A stretch of 64,000 nucleotides of DNA from Octopus sinensis. Lineage: Eukaryota. The stretch covers positions 90,520,001 to 90,584,000 of the forward strand of contig NC_043003.1 in assembly GCF_006345805.1 (NCBI RefSeq), given 5' to 3'. The notes beneath the pieces are model-generated. The model did no database searches. It saw only the letters and a program-made list of their open reading frames with translations, and was not told where the DNA came from. Positions 27,485-40,927 of this stretch are shown piece by piece (the stretch's first letter is position 1; every line of letters begins with the position of its first letter). The translations under genes and the position numbers were made by a program.

Positions 27485-30400
27485 CTGTAAAAGTTAAGAA
27501 GCAGTCATTCAGTTAAATATGTCAGAAATTCAGTCTTCATTTGATGTTTTATAGAACACTTTGACATGTTATTATAAGAATGTCTATTAAATTATTCTAT
27601 CAAATTATAGAATGGTGATTTAGTGGAGTCATTAGAGTGTTGGAAGGAAGGTCTTGAGTTATTTGGTCCAGTTCTCTGTGATCTGAGTTCAAATCCTACC
27701 AAAAGTAAAAGTTAAGCACAAGACTATCAATTTAATTAGTTGATACCATTGGTCCCTGTACTAGACTAGTACCATATCTTGGCAATCCCGGAGGGAGGAA
27801 AAGGAAAGTTGACCTCGTTAGAATTTTAACATAGAATATGGTCAGAGTCACACCATAAAGCATTTTCTCTGATGCTCCAATGAATTTGCAAGTTCACTTT
27901 CCTAATTTTGAGGTTGATGAATAAGCCCCAGACCATCAATTTAATTAGTCGATGCCATCTACCCCATTATTTGACTAGTATTTTATTTTATACCAACTCT
28001 GGAGGGATGAAAGGCAAAGTTGATCTCAGAATGTAAAAGAACCAGAGGAAAATACCTCAAGCTATGCCATATGCCCATGGGTATATGGCATAGTGTTGGA
28101 ATATAAATTAACATGAAATTTTAACAGGTTTTGATTTTGATCACTTTAAAACAGAATGTTTGTAAAATAGAACTAAAGCTATCTGAGGTAGGTTGGTATC
28201 AAAGGGGTTAAAGAAAATAGATAGCACCAGGTATACATTAAAATTTAATCAATATTAAATGCGGAAAAAAAAAAATTACAATATGCCAAAACATTTAAAA
28301 TAAAATTCAGAGTTAAAGAATGAAAATTATCAATGGAAAAAAAAAAAATTGAAAAACAAAATGAACTTTAAAATCATCAGTAAAAAAAAAAGAGCATTAA
28401 CACTGTTAGCAATGCAATAACATTTTGTAGTAAATTTGGTATTAATAAAGAAATATTCTCTTCTAAAAATAACATGAACAAAAATACAGATTTTCAGTGT
28501 AGCTTCATTTTACACAACAATTCAAAGGCATAAATCAAATACTTTTTTTTTCTTCCATTTAATCTTGTATTTTATAACTTCTGGAAAGATCTAGTTTAAT
28601 GGTGTTTTCTAAATCATTCACTAATGAGAGTAACAGCATTTCAGTATAATTTAGATGATTGGAAAGTAGTCTTTTCATATATTTTAAAAATCCATTGTTT
28701 TATGTAAAAGAGTGATACATTTCACTCAACCAAATAATAAGTCAATTAAATAATTAAAAAACAAAAAAAGATTACATTCATGCGAAGAAAAAGGTTTGAA
28801 CTAAATATGTCTGGTTGATTAATTTTAAAAATGTTTAAAATGTTAATTATTGTTGAACAGCCATGATCACACCGGGGAAACATTCTAACTAACCCATTCA
28901 ATTTACATGTCTAAATATGACCATTGCAAGGTGGGACATAATGATCAAAAGATTTAGCACTTCACTTTTGAAACACTGCCTTTGATTCAATTGATTTTTT
29001 AAATAATGAAGAATTTAGAAAATAACTTTATCATAACTATGTTGGTATAAGGCATCAAGCTGGCAGAACTGTTAGCATGCTGAGTAAATTGCTTAATGGC
29101 ATTTCCTCTGTCTTTGTGTTCTGAGTTTGAATACTGCTGAGATCAAATTCACCTTTCATCCTTTTGGGGTTGATAAAATAAGTACCAGGCGAGTACTGGC
29201 ATTGATGGAATTTGACTTCACCATCCTCTTAAAAAATTGCTGATCCTCTGCTAAAATTTGAAACTGTTATTAAACTGGTATTTGGGATATAAATTAGCAT
29301 GAAATTTTAATGGAAGGGTTTAATTTAGATCACCTTAAAACAGGAAGTTTGTTATAATAGGACCAGAGACAGTTTCAGACAGATTGGTATTAAAAGGGTT
29401 AAAGCATGAGGCCCTTTTCTGAAGATTATAAAAGAGATTTGACTAGTGCAGGTCAATTGACTAGAGTCCCCTCAATGACTGAAACATTTATGTAGCTTAG
29501 CCCCAGAGCAACCCTGATCAAGCAGACCTATGATCAAAAGCATTCCGTTTGTGACCATCCTATCTATTAAGAGCACATAAGACATTATATATGTCCTTTC
29601 CCTATTTAAGATGAAATGGGATTTTAGAGGGATTTGATTTAATTTTACAACTGTACTTAATATATCAGACTTTACAAACTAATCAACACTGTTACCATAT
29701 TTCTGTGAAGCATTATTGTCTTTGTCTTTGTTAATTTTGAAAATAACGAAGAATTTAGTAAAATAACTTTTGTTGTTATAATAATAATAGTGATGATGAT
29801 GATGATTGCCAACCATTGTGGGGAAAGGATAAGTCAATTACACTGACTCCAGTGTTCAACTGGGACTATTTTATCAACCCTGAAAGGATGAAAGGCAAAG
29901 CTGACCTCAGGCACAAGGCCTGAAATTTGGAGAGGGGATAAATTACATTGACCCCAGTACTCAACTGGTACTTAATTTATCGACCCTGAAAGGATGAAAG
30001 GCAAAGTCGACCTCGGTAGAATTTGAACTCAGAATGTGCAGACAGACGAAGTGCCACTAAGCATTTCGCCCTGCGTGCTACAAAAAACTCAACAATGACA
30101 CAGCAATGGAGTATAAATACAGTGTCAACATCTACTTTGATGTAAAAGTCAAGATAATAGAAGTTAGCCAATATATAATGGTTATTTTCCATTTATCTTA
30201 TCTATTAATTCAGTCATTTTCTCATTTGAGATAAGACCCACCTGCAGGTAATTAAACAGTTTCATGGTTAAGCCAATCATACATCACTAATGCCAGGCAG
30301 TCGGCCAGAGTAAAATCTCTGCTATAAACAGAGAAAATATTTGTTTTCTTGTCTGTAATAAATGACTAGAAAACGCAAGGGATAACTTTTATAATAAAAC

Positions 30401-31023
30401 ACAAACTGGTTTTTCTTAACAATAAATCATATTAAGTGGTTGTAGCCATGGGATTATTTCCAATTACAGTCTTATCGACTGGCTTGCAGACGCCTTTCTT
30501 TTTCATTCAAGGCACAAGCCTAGCTGCATTGTTAAGCAGTCCACTTCCCAACTACATGGCCCTGGGTTCAGTCCCACTGCATGGTATCTTGGGGTCAGTG
30601 TCTTCTATGGTAGCACCAGGCCAACCAAAACCTTCGAAGTGGGTTTAGTAAATGGGGAAAAAAAAACCCAATCACATATACATATATATCTTGTATCTTT
30701 TTCTTGTTTCAGTCATCAGACTGTAACCCCATGCTGGGGCACTGTCTTCACTTTTTTGTCAAATGAATCAACACCAGAACTTTTTTCTTTTGTTTTTAAG
30801 CTTGGTACTTATTCTGTTGGTCTCTATTGCTGAACAACTAAGTTATGTAAATACCCCAACACCATTTGTCAAGCAGTGAGTGGTAGGGGACAAACACTGA
30901 TACAAAGACACATACACACACACACAATGGGCTTCTTTTAGTTTCTGCCTACAAAATCCACTGAAGGTTTTGTTTGGCCTGAGGCTATAGTAGAAGACAC
31001 TTGCCCAAGGTGCCACACAGTGG

Positions 31024-31082
<59 letters not shown>

Positions 31083-32954
31083 TGCATATATCATGTATGT
31101 ATGTATCATTATCATCATTGTCATTACCATAATTTTAACATCCACTTTTGCATGCTGGCATGGGTCAGATGGTGTTTACTGATGCAGATTTTCTGTAGCT
31201 GGATGTCTTTCCTGTTTCTAACCCTCACTTGTTTTCAAGCATGCTAATAGTTACCAATGGCCAAACATGTATGACAGCAACAAGCATCTTACAACTACAC
31301 GCAATGTCAAGACAACAAAGGGACACAAATGCACACACACACATTATATATAATACCTTGAATAAAGCTGCCTAAGAATGTCACCCTGTGGACAAATATG
31401 TACTGCAACTGATTTAATTTAAATAAACTAAATGCACATAACTGCCACATTAAAGGACACTAGAACACTTATCCAGCAGAAATACAAGACGCATTGGAAT
31501 TAGATGAAAATACTACTTTAATGAATATATTTTGGAGATGTATAATTTCCCATTTTCCTTCATAATGTCTTGATTATATATCCAGTATGCTGTATGAAAT
31601 GTAATGAAGTACCAAATAGAGTTGAGTTTAATTGTTATCTTAAATGATTCTGAATGTTCCCTATCATTCAATGTGGTTAGCCACATCTGGATTATATCAG
31701 AGTACTCAAAATGTACCTGCCCAGATTCCAAATCCTTATTCTTTTACATTATACACACGCACACACACACACAAAGATTCCTCGGAGAAATCAATAACAC
31801 AGAGCTAGATGTTAGGTGGTCTATCCACTTTTGGTTTAAAAGTTCATTGTTGTTGCAGGTATTTTTTTATGACTTTGGGCTGGTCCCTTAGCTCTGTATG
31901 CTTCAGTTCACACAGCTGTGATGGTAGAGGAGATATAGCAGGGTTGGGTTAGTTACTTGTCACAATCTAGTATCATATCTAGAGCTGTATTTTTACAAAA
32001 CTTGAAACTAACCCGCTATCACCTGATTTAATTAACAGCTGCCTTGAAATATACAACTGTATATTTAAAATTCTATTATCTAAGTCATCATCAGCAGCAT
32101 TAAATTAAAAACGAAATTGAAATATATTTCTGACATTTATTTTCCTTCTAGAATTTCCCAAACATGTAAGTTTATTTATTTTAAAATGTTTCCATTGATA
32201 TGTTGTGAAATATTTCCATTGGTATGTTGTAAATGTTTTGACAAATAAATTGCATGTTTTTACAGCCAGAGTATTTAATGGCTGTTATAAAGTTTTTAGC
32301 TTAATTCTTTAACCTATTTTGTATTATTCATTTAAACATGTAGTTACAATACTTCAGTTCAAAGTTGACAGCATGAAGTAAAGTTTCTAACTGGTATTGT
32401 TTATCTCTTTCTTCTCAATTGTTTTATCTATTTATTAAAACACACACACATGGAGAACTTTTCACAACCGTGATATGAACTTTGCCTTACTGTGAATCTT
32501 CGCGTGCATGTGCACATGCACACACACACATCTCACCCTAGGCTGATGTTTCTCTCTTGATTTCTGTGCTATTAAATAGACTGAGAGGCAATCCTAGCCC
32601 TAGATAATAGAAGACCAGATCATTTCAGGTAATTTTGCAGCACTGCAAAAACAATAAACCACTGATCAATTTCATAGTGCTCCTGCTGTTGCCCAGACAC
32701 ACACTAGAAAGTTAGACCACCATATGTGATATTTACTTGGAGTTAAGAGGAGTTGGCTATTAAAAAAATTAAGTGTTTTGGTCACATACACAAAAATAAA
32801 ACTAACAGAACATGAATTGCTGAGCCAATAAGGCGTAAGTTCAGCTATTCTAAGATGTCCTGAGTTGGAGTTAGATAAATAACAAAGAAACAACAAATTA
32901 TGTATTTGTTTTTGTCTGTCTTTTAGCATTATTGTTTTCATCATAATTTTTTTA

Positions 32955-33375
32955 AAAAATGTCCTCATTTCTATATTTGCATGGGTCAAATGGAATTTGT
33001 TAAAGAACAGTTTCTATGGTCAGATGCCCTTCCTGTCACCAAACTTCACTTGTTTCCAACAAGATATTTCCTCATGGCAAGACATGTTTTCATGGAAAAC
33101 TGGAAATAAACAACATCATTTGTATGATGAAGATGTTCGTTTACACTATTGCACCACGTCAAGAGACGGAGACAGAAGTATGCATGCGCAAACACACACA
33201 GAGGCACATATATGATGGGTTTGTTTCAGTTTCTGTCTGCCAAATCCACTCACAAAGCTTTGATTTATTCACGACTATAATAGAAAACATTTCCCAAAGT
33301 ATTACGCAGGAGGACAGAACTTGAAATCCTGTGGTTGGAAACAAGTTTTTTAACCACACAGTTATGCCTGCTCCT
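32955..33375 (-). mobile_element. tRNA-derived SINE, family 2 (same head, RTE-like tail); copies near 12770-13090, 17160-17560, 23320-23700, 34500-34850, 56290-56600
   Basis: Shared gatgcccttcctgt..ccaaccctcacctgtttccaagcaagg body joined to the family 1 head. Confidence 0.75.
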
Positions 33376-34095
33376 AACACAGATGGAAGAAATTGTTTCC
33401 TTTATTTTCCAGGAGAATTTGTATTTTGTAGATGCCATTGATTTTGATGACATGTCTTTCCAACTACTTACTGATAATTAATTTTCAATAATGAAGTAAT
33501 AATTGAACCTGTTGTTAGCCAAGTAGACTGAGGCAAGCAGAGTAACAAGTAATACACAGGAAGCACAACACAAAATTGCTGAGCTCAACTGATTCATTTA
33601 ATCTATAAAGAACAGCTTAAGAAAATTAGGTAAAACATTAACAAGTAAGCAAAGGTAACTCATTAGCAACTTAAATAATAATTATTAGTATTAGGTAACA
33701 GGGTAATGAATTCAGAAGTGATAAAAGGGCGAGATGATGATAAAACATTAGCTTTCTAAATGATTCAACAATTGTGGAACTGTTTGAACAAAAAGGGCCC
33801 CATTTTTAAGGGAGTTGAATTTTTTCCTGTTTAAAATGCTGAAAAGGGTTAATAAATAAACAGAATATTGCTTGCTGCAAAATGAAAATAAAAATTTGGC
33901 AAAAAAATAAATAAATAAACAAAGATAAATTTCATGCAACATGGATGCAATGAATGCACCAAGAAGCAATAACTAGAATAAGTAGAATATATTAATTAAA
34001 CATATTAATTTTGACTGAACATAGTAATTTGAACATGCAGCCAGTTGTTGCACAGTAAGACACCAGCAACTGAGCTGAAAATTTCAAAAACTTAC

Positions 34096-34156
34096 CATGG
34101 GCTGTTTAAGACGATTTTCTTCTTATCACGGATTCTTCCAGACAAAAAGAATAAAA
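34096..34156 (-). CDS. Candidate upstream exon (internal exon ..SGRIRDKKKIVLNSP-W, or a first exon ending ATG|gt)
   Basis: Strong donor CATG|gtaagt at 34095. The open frame ends in phase 2 (TG), which joins the 27484 exon in frame (TG+G=Trp). The acceptor is ambiguous (ataattcag at 34157 or ggaag). Confidence 0.35.
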
Positions 34157-36771
34157 CTGAATTATTGTGGGAACCCACAAGAAAAAGGGAGACAGAAGGA
34201 GGGGGAGAAGAGAGAAAGAGGTTGAAAAAGAGACCGGCAATAGAGAGGAAAAATGAATAAAGAAATGAGAGACTAATAAGGGACTTTAATTGCTTCTTCA
34301 GCTATGTTTGTATATTATATTACTGCCATCTCTCATAGATATCTTTAATAGAAACAAGACATCAGATTTATAAACGAAAGGATTATTATTTGTTACCATT
34401 TATGCCTTTAGTTACACCTTCAACTAATGAAAAAATTCATGGTAATGGTGTCATACAGTTTCAATTTGATGCTCATTATCTATCTGTTACTACATCATCA
34501 TTATCGTTTTAACCCTTAGATGGGTTGGATGGAAATTGTTGAGGCAGATTTCTATAGCTGGAGGCCATTCCTTTTGTCAGCCCTCACCTGTTTCCCCATG
34601 GCCAGATATGTTTATCACTGAGATTGGAAACGAAGGAAGGACACTGTACAACCCCCATGCAATGTCAAGACAAGGAGACATTAACACATACACACACGAC
34701 AGGTTTCTTTCAATTTCTGCCTACCAAATTTACTTACAAGGCTTTGATCAGCCCATGACTATTGCAGAAAACACTTGTTGGAGGTGTCATGCAATGGAAC
34801 TGAACCTAAAACCACGTTGTTGCGAAGCAAGCTTCTTAACCTCACAGCCACATTTGAAAAAAAAAAAAAATTCCTAATGATTTTTCAGTGGCTATCTTCA
34901 TTATTGAGGTTAGAGTTAAATATGCTTAATAGATAAGATTTTAATACAGATACTTTTAACAACAATTTGTGAAAGAAAACAGATCACCAGGTCAATCAAA
35001 TAGAACTACATATTAATTGCTTGCTGTTTGATCCCACCTCCCATTGCTTCAACAAATTAATACCTATAATCTATTCTCTCTTTTTTGTTTTTTAAACAAG
35101 CTATTTTATCTCTGTAAGTGTTTCACTTGTTTCACAGATAATCTGTAAACAATTTAGTATTATCAGCTTAAGATATTCTGCTAAAGGTATGACATAGTGA
35201 GGTGTGCTATCTTGATTCAATGTTACAAAGAGAAATAAAGGGTTTTTAAAAAAATTTTTTTTTATTTTTTACTCTCTGGAAATGGTGATAACAATATCTA
35301 ATATCATTTACATTAAATTCTGGACAAATCTCCTTTATTCTAGATAATTATTTGGCCAACCTCATTATCTCAAGCTAAAATTAAATTTGCCTTTCATTTC
35401 ATTGGGTTTCATTCTGTTGACTGTAATGGCTACATGTATGTGTGTGAGTAGGACAAAATATTTATACACTGTACATAAGAGTAAGATTAGATAGGGCCTT
35501 AATTGTAAAAGGTCTTTGTTTTTATATTTTATATATCCAGTTGATTCTCAAGCACTGAATATTTAATCTGTCATGAAAAGGGAGTACAAGCCTTTTTCCT
35601 TGAAATATGATGTGGTAAATATACATATTACCATAATTATTGCAGCATGGAAGACATATATTAGCTATTCAAAAACACACAAAGACTGTTTCGCTTAAAC
35701 ATTTACTATCTGGTCACTGGAAAATTTTGATTCCAAATAAAAGTCTTTTGTGTGTTTTTGAATGGCTAATGTCTTCCATGCTTCAACACAGTCTCAGATC
35801 GAATCACTTGCAGAGCAAATAGACTTCCAGAATGTTACCTTAACAAATTTCTGTTGAAATACACAGCTTTTGCTTCAACTGATTTTTAAAATAATGAAAA
35901 ATTTAGTGAAATATCTTAAGCAGTGTTAAACGGGTATCTCGAACATGAATTAACATGAAATTTTGAAAGATTTTAATTTAGATAACTTTAAAGCAGGAAC
36001 TTTATATCATAGAACCAAGTGTGACCCCAGGTGGATTGGTATCAAAGGGACTAAGTCTAACTCATTAAAATCTACCACACTGCATCACCTCAATTCATGA
36101 ACAGGTCATATGAAGTATCACTTTCTTTAATTGATAAAGAAAATTCTTTGCCCACTTCTTATTAGCTCTTTTCTTTTCAAAACAACTAATCCAATGTATT
36201 CAGTTCTTGGTTCATTAGAATTTAATCCATTTATCCTTAAATTTCACACTGAAGGTCCTCCGAAATTTATTGTAAGGCTTCTACCTCGTTTCAAACTATC
36301 TTGCATAGATACCTTATTTATAATCATGACCTAACTATGTTTCTATAAATAGCAAGACCAACTAAAAGAAATTAACTGTATCACCACAAAAGGCATGAAT
36401 GTCGATGTGAACATGGTTCAACCAATCAATATCAGGTGGTATGTAACCAAGTTGTATAAAATTCTCACTCACTAGTTTTGCTGAAGGTAAGTTATTAAAA
36501 GCTGGGATACTGAACTCCAAAACAGAATGACCACACTACAGGTAACTCTGTCACTCACTTTCATTATAGATGTTCTCACTTTTTTTTTTTTTTTTTTTTA
36601 ACTTGTGTTGCCTATAACAACTATGGATAATTATGTAATTAACTGAAACATTATTTCTATTTCACACAGAGAAAAACTTCGTTCTTCAGTTCAATTACTT
36701 CATTGTACATATGTAAATACAACTGTTCAAAGTAGTAAAAGTATGCTCATTCTTTCAACCTACCAACTTAC

Positions 36772-36815
36772 CTTCCTACTGTTGTGCGTTACCAATGATG
36801 ATACGATGACCACTA
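36772..36815 (-). CDS. Weak candidate 44-nt exon (xVVIVSSLVTHNSRK)
   Basis: gatttttag|TAGTGG...GGAAG|gtaagt; one open frame; lies in non-repeat sequence. Confidence 0.22.
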
Positions 36816-37367
36816 CTAAAAATCGATTCCACTTTTGCCTTCATCATACATTCTTTCTAACCCTTTTCATGTCATGTTTCTCTTGAAATACACTGCCTTT
36901 GTTTCAATGAATTTTGAGAATAATGAAAAATTTAGTATGAAAGGTAATGTCAAGTAACTGAGACCTTTGGTGATTTGCTGTGCTTCAGAAGACATGTCAA
37001 GCTAAGTGAAATCATGGTCATGGCCGGTGCTGGTGACATGTGAAAGGCACTCAGTGCCACTCTGTGGAGTGGTTGGCATTAAGAAGGGCATCCAGCTATA
37101 GAATTCAAGCCAAAACAGACTGGAGCCTGAAGCAGCTTTTCAGATATCAGTTCCAGTCAAATAGTCTAACCCATGCCAGCATGGAGAATGGATGCTAAAT
37201 GATGATGCTGATGATGATGACTTTGTTATTATTAAGTTGATGTTTAGAACATAAATTAACGTGAAACTTTGATGGGGGTTTTAAAGTTTGTATTAGAGAA
37301 TAAAAAGCAATTTAAAGTGGGTTGGTATCAGAAGACTGAAAGCAATACAAAATAGTAGAAGACTTAC

Positions 37368-37408
37368 GGTGCCACTGGTGAATAGAAGCAAGCAAACCCT
37401 GGCTGAGA
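37368..37408 (-). CDS. Weak candidate 41-nt exon (e.g. xLSQGLLASIHQWHx)
   Basis: Strong donor ACC|gtaagt but weak acceptor (gttatag). Confidence 0.18.
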
Positions 37409-38572
37409 CTATAACATTTCATTCATATTTGGGAAACACATGTACATCCTGACATTCCGTTCACCCTATCTTTTGACAAAACTGTGATGATATTAATACC
37501 AATGAATAACAATTTCTATTCATACAAATGGAAACAACATATTTAAGTCTACATGTGTACACTGGGATGCATTGATACAGAATGAAGGCATGGAGGAAGG
37601 CTAAGTGTAGTGTTTTTCATTTAGTCCATCTTTGTGGAAAACTGGACATGAAATCAATGATGATGATGATGAGGAGGAGGAGTAAGAAGGGAAGTGGAGG
37701 GAAGAGGACAACGATGATGGTGATGACGAGGAGGATAAGAATGATGAGAAGGCAGAGGACAAGGAGAAGAAGTGAAATTACGGATTATGATAACGACAAC
37801 AATGGCAACTAAAGTTTTCCTTTGCATTACATAGGTTAATATAATTTTATTTTAAGCATAGAAAGAGTTAAAGAGAAAAGGAAAAGGGAATGAGAAAATA
37901 ACAGACAAAAATACTAGGAAGTAGTGATAGAAATAAAAATTGTAATCATATCACAAACATTAACCAGTTTCCTTTAAATTTTGTTGATAAGAGGAAAGAA
38001 TCCAAAGATAGAAAGAAAAAAAAAAAAAAAATTGGAAGTAGGAAATGGTAGGATTATATATCAAAGTTTAGAATATTTTCTAATGAGATGAAGAAGTAAA
38101 GTGGCCTGAAACTAAAGGATTGGCACAGCAACCTAGCTGAAGTGGTTAGGGTTAGTCTGATGCAAACCTGAGAGTGTTTACTTTTTTCTCTTTTAATTTC
38201 ATTGATGTTTAAACTGGAACCATGCCAGGAAGAAATGGGTAAATATTCTAGCCTACTTTTGGTCAGTTTGACTAACCACATAAATTCCATTAGTTTAATG
38301 AATAATGATGATGATGATGATGATGATGATAATAATAATAATAATTTCAAATTTTGGCACAAGGCCACCTACTTCAGGGGAGGGGGTAAGTCTATTACAT
38401 TGACCCCAATGTTCAGCTGGTACTTAATTTATCAATACTGAAAGGATGAAAGGCAATGCTGACCATGGCAGCATTTGAACTCAGAACAAAGCCAGAAGAA
38501 GGGGAGATAATCTTAAGACTCAAGTATTCTCCAGATATGATATGCCATTAAAGAAAGGGACATGCTTCCTAT

Positions 38573-38656
38573 CTGGAGATAAGAGGACAGTTATAGACAT
38601 GTGTTTCTGGCTCAATAGTCATCATCAGCACAACAACTGTCCTATCTTATCTCCAG
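38573..38656 (-). ncRNA. Type I hammerhead ribozyme motif with extended helix I
   Basis: Minus strand reads ctggagataagataggacagttgttgtg-CTGATGA-TGACT ATTG AGCCA-GAAAC-ACAT-GTC-tataactgtcctcttatctccag. All core nucleotides and the GUC site are present, and the flanks are complementary over about 23 bp with two bulges. Confidence 0.7.
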
Positions 38657-38710
38657 TTGCATATACAAATAAAGTAGAACACATACCCTAGGTAATTTGC
38701 TTAATTTAAA

Positions 38711-38905
38711 CCCTTTAGCAATCACATTATTCTGTCAAAAGTAATGCTTATTTATGTATTATTTTGTAGCTTTGATATTTTGAAGAGGTAACTTAATTTT
38801 TAGAATGATATTGTAAGGCTGGTGTGATAGGTCAAATCTGGCCAATTTATACATAAAACAAGTAGGATATTTTGGCTGGATATGACCAGTTTAAATGCTA
38901 AAGGG
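38711..38905. mobile_element. piggyBac-like MITE (about 195 bp); further copies at 58617-58813 and from about 56631
   Basis: Ends ccctttagca...tgctaaaggg|ttaa; internal sequence shared between copies. Confidence 0.7.
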
Positions 38906-38929
38906 TTAAAAATGAGCTAAGAGAAATAA

Positions 38930-39540
38930 TTCAATGGCCAGTGGAATGTATTTGAACAATATAGACAAATATAAGTATATCAAATACCTGAATGTGGAGG
39001 ACATGTGGAGGCTGGAGAGGAATGAAGCTGGTATGCTCTGCTGGACATGTGATGTCAGTGTGCATGTGCAACAGAGTATTAGTGTATTGAGAGAGAGGCT
39101 GGGCATAAGAGGAATTAGATGCAGTGTGCAAAAGAAAATACTGCACTGGTCTGATTATGTGATGAGGATGGATGAGGACAGCAGCATAAAGAAGTCATGG
39201 AAGAAGGAAACCCAACAAGACATAGGAGGAAGTATTGAAGGCTGATCTCAAAAAAGCTGAGCCTTACAAAGGAGATGAGAGAGGACCGGGATATGTGGTG
39301 CACTGCAGTATTCAAGAAGACCTGCTCTCAACGGAATTGAGGTCTCAAAACCAAGGTGCCACTTAAAAAACACCCAGTACATTTTGTAAAGTGGTTGACA
39401 GTAGGAAGGGCATCCAGCTGTAGATATCAAGCCAAAACAGACTATGGAACCTGGTGCAGCCCCTGACTTTACCAGTTCCTGTCAAGCCTTCCAACCTGTA
39501 CCAGCATGAACGGATGTTAAATGATGATGATGATGTTAAC
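38930..39540 (+). mobile_element. RTE LINE 3' fragment with 3' UTR and (GAT)n tail
   Basis: LERNEAGMLCWTCDVSVH...LRERLGIRGIRCSVQ...MRMDED, followed by the gtggttg..aggaagggcatccagctgtag tail. Confidence 0.8.
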
Positions 39541-39962
39541 CTCAGCATCCATCCATCCGTGTGTGTGTATGAAGAGCTTTTTTCAGTTTCCATCTACCCG
39601 ATCCACTCACAAGGTGATAGTAGGAAATATTCGCCCAACATGCCATGCAGTGAGACTAAACTCAAAGCTACATGGTTGGAAAACTAACTTCTTGACCACA
39701 CAGCCATGCCTATACCAACACAATCAGTGTAGGGAAATTCTGTTTGACATAAGGGTTTGTTTTGAAACATTCTAAACTTTTAGGTAGCAACAAAGCACAG
39801 ACACGTTATCTGAATTTTAAAGTCTTAGAAATATTTAAGTTTCTGAATGGTGAAACTAAAAACTAAAAGAGAAAGACCTAACACAAAAATATACTAAACT
39901 TAATTCCACTTCACCAAACACGTAGGAGAAATCTTAAGCTAATTAACTAGAAATACACTTAC

Positions 39963-39977
39963 TCAGCCAATTAACTA
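39963..39977 (-). CDS. Candidate 15-nt microexon (phase 1: xVNWLx)
   Basis: tttcttcttgagtgtttgcag|TAGTTAATTGGCTGA|gtaagt; frame-preserving; only one frame open. Confidence 0.35.
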
Positions 39978-40927
39978 CTGCAAACACTCAAGAAGAAATT
40001 AACTACATATCTAGGAACAGGGTTCTGTGAAGTTAAGAAGTCTACTTCCCAACTACGTGGTCCTAGTTTCAATTTCACTGTGTGGTACTTTGGGGCAAGT
40101 GTCTTCTACTATAGATCTGGGTTGACCTACATATATATATATGTGTGTGTGTGTGTCTGATTATCTCCCACGACCACTTGACAAACTAGTGTTGGTGTGT
40201 TTACATCCCCATAACTTAGTTCACCAAAAAAAAAAAAGAAAAAAAAGAACCTGATACAATAAGTACCAGGCTTAAAAACAAAAAAGGACTGAGTTGATTC
40301 ATTTGACTAAAAATTCTTCAAGGCAGGGTCCCAGCATGACTTCAGTCTAATGACTGAAACAAGCAAAAGAGAAAAGATGTGTGTGTGTGTGTGTGTGTAC
40401 CTTTGACATCATGTAATGGTTGTAAATGAGCATCATTGTTAAGAGATGATATCCTTTTCTAGTTTTCCATGAAAACATGTGAAGCTATGGGAAAAATTAT
40501 GTTGCCCAGAAACAGGCAAAGTTTAGCAACAGAAAAGGTAGCCAGCTGTAGAATATTTGCCTCAACAAATTACAGCTGACTTATGCAAGGATGCATAAGT
40601 GGACATTAGAAGATGATGATGATGTATCAATGCCATTCGGAAGGTTTAGCGGTTAACATATGAGGGGGATAAGGGAACCTGTTGTGTCAGATTCAATCAC
40701 AGGTAGGTCTTATGATAGGTATATCTCGTCTTACTTGTTCCAGTCATCTCAGAGTGTGGCCATGCCGGAGCACCACCTTGAATAATTTTTAGTTGACTGA
40801 ATTGATCCCAGGACCTATTTTTTAAAGTCTGGTACTTATTCTATCGGTCTCTTTTTGCTGAAGTGCAAAATGGGGAACAAATACAGACACAAAGACATAC
40901 ACACACACATATATATACACACACATA

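Noticed and set aside
27281-27490. + strand Gly-rich ORF MLLTDDGPEPEEAG...
   Set aside because: Antisense shadow of the minus-strand exon, whose splice sites bound the GC-rich island exactly.
32152-32165. Strong + strand acceptor and donor pair (ttttccttctag|AATTTCCCAAACAT|gtaagt)
   Set aside because: 14 nt, frame-shifting, and opposite to the supported exon. It shows that such patterns can occur by chance; it would matter only if an antisense gene exists.
36131-36560. Cluster of minus-strand donors and acceptors (CGHSVLEFSIPAFNNLPSAKL; ATGAAA|gtgagt; VGLAIYRNIVRS*)
   Set aside because: The alternatives are mutually inconsistent and none has both strong sites and a sensible phase chain.
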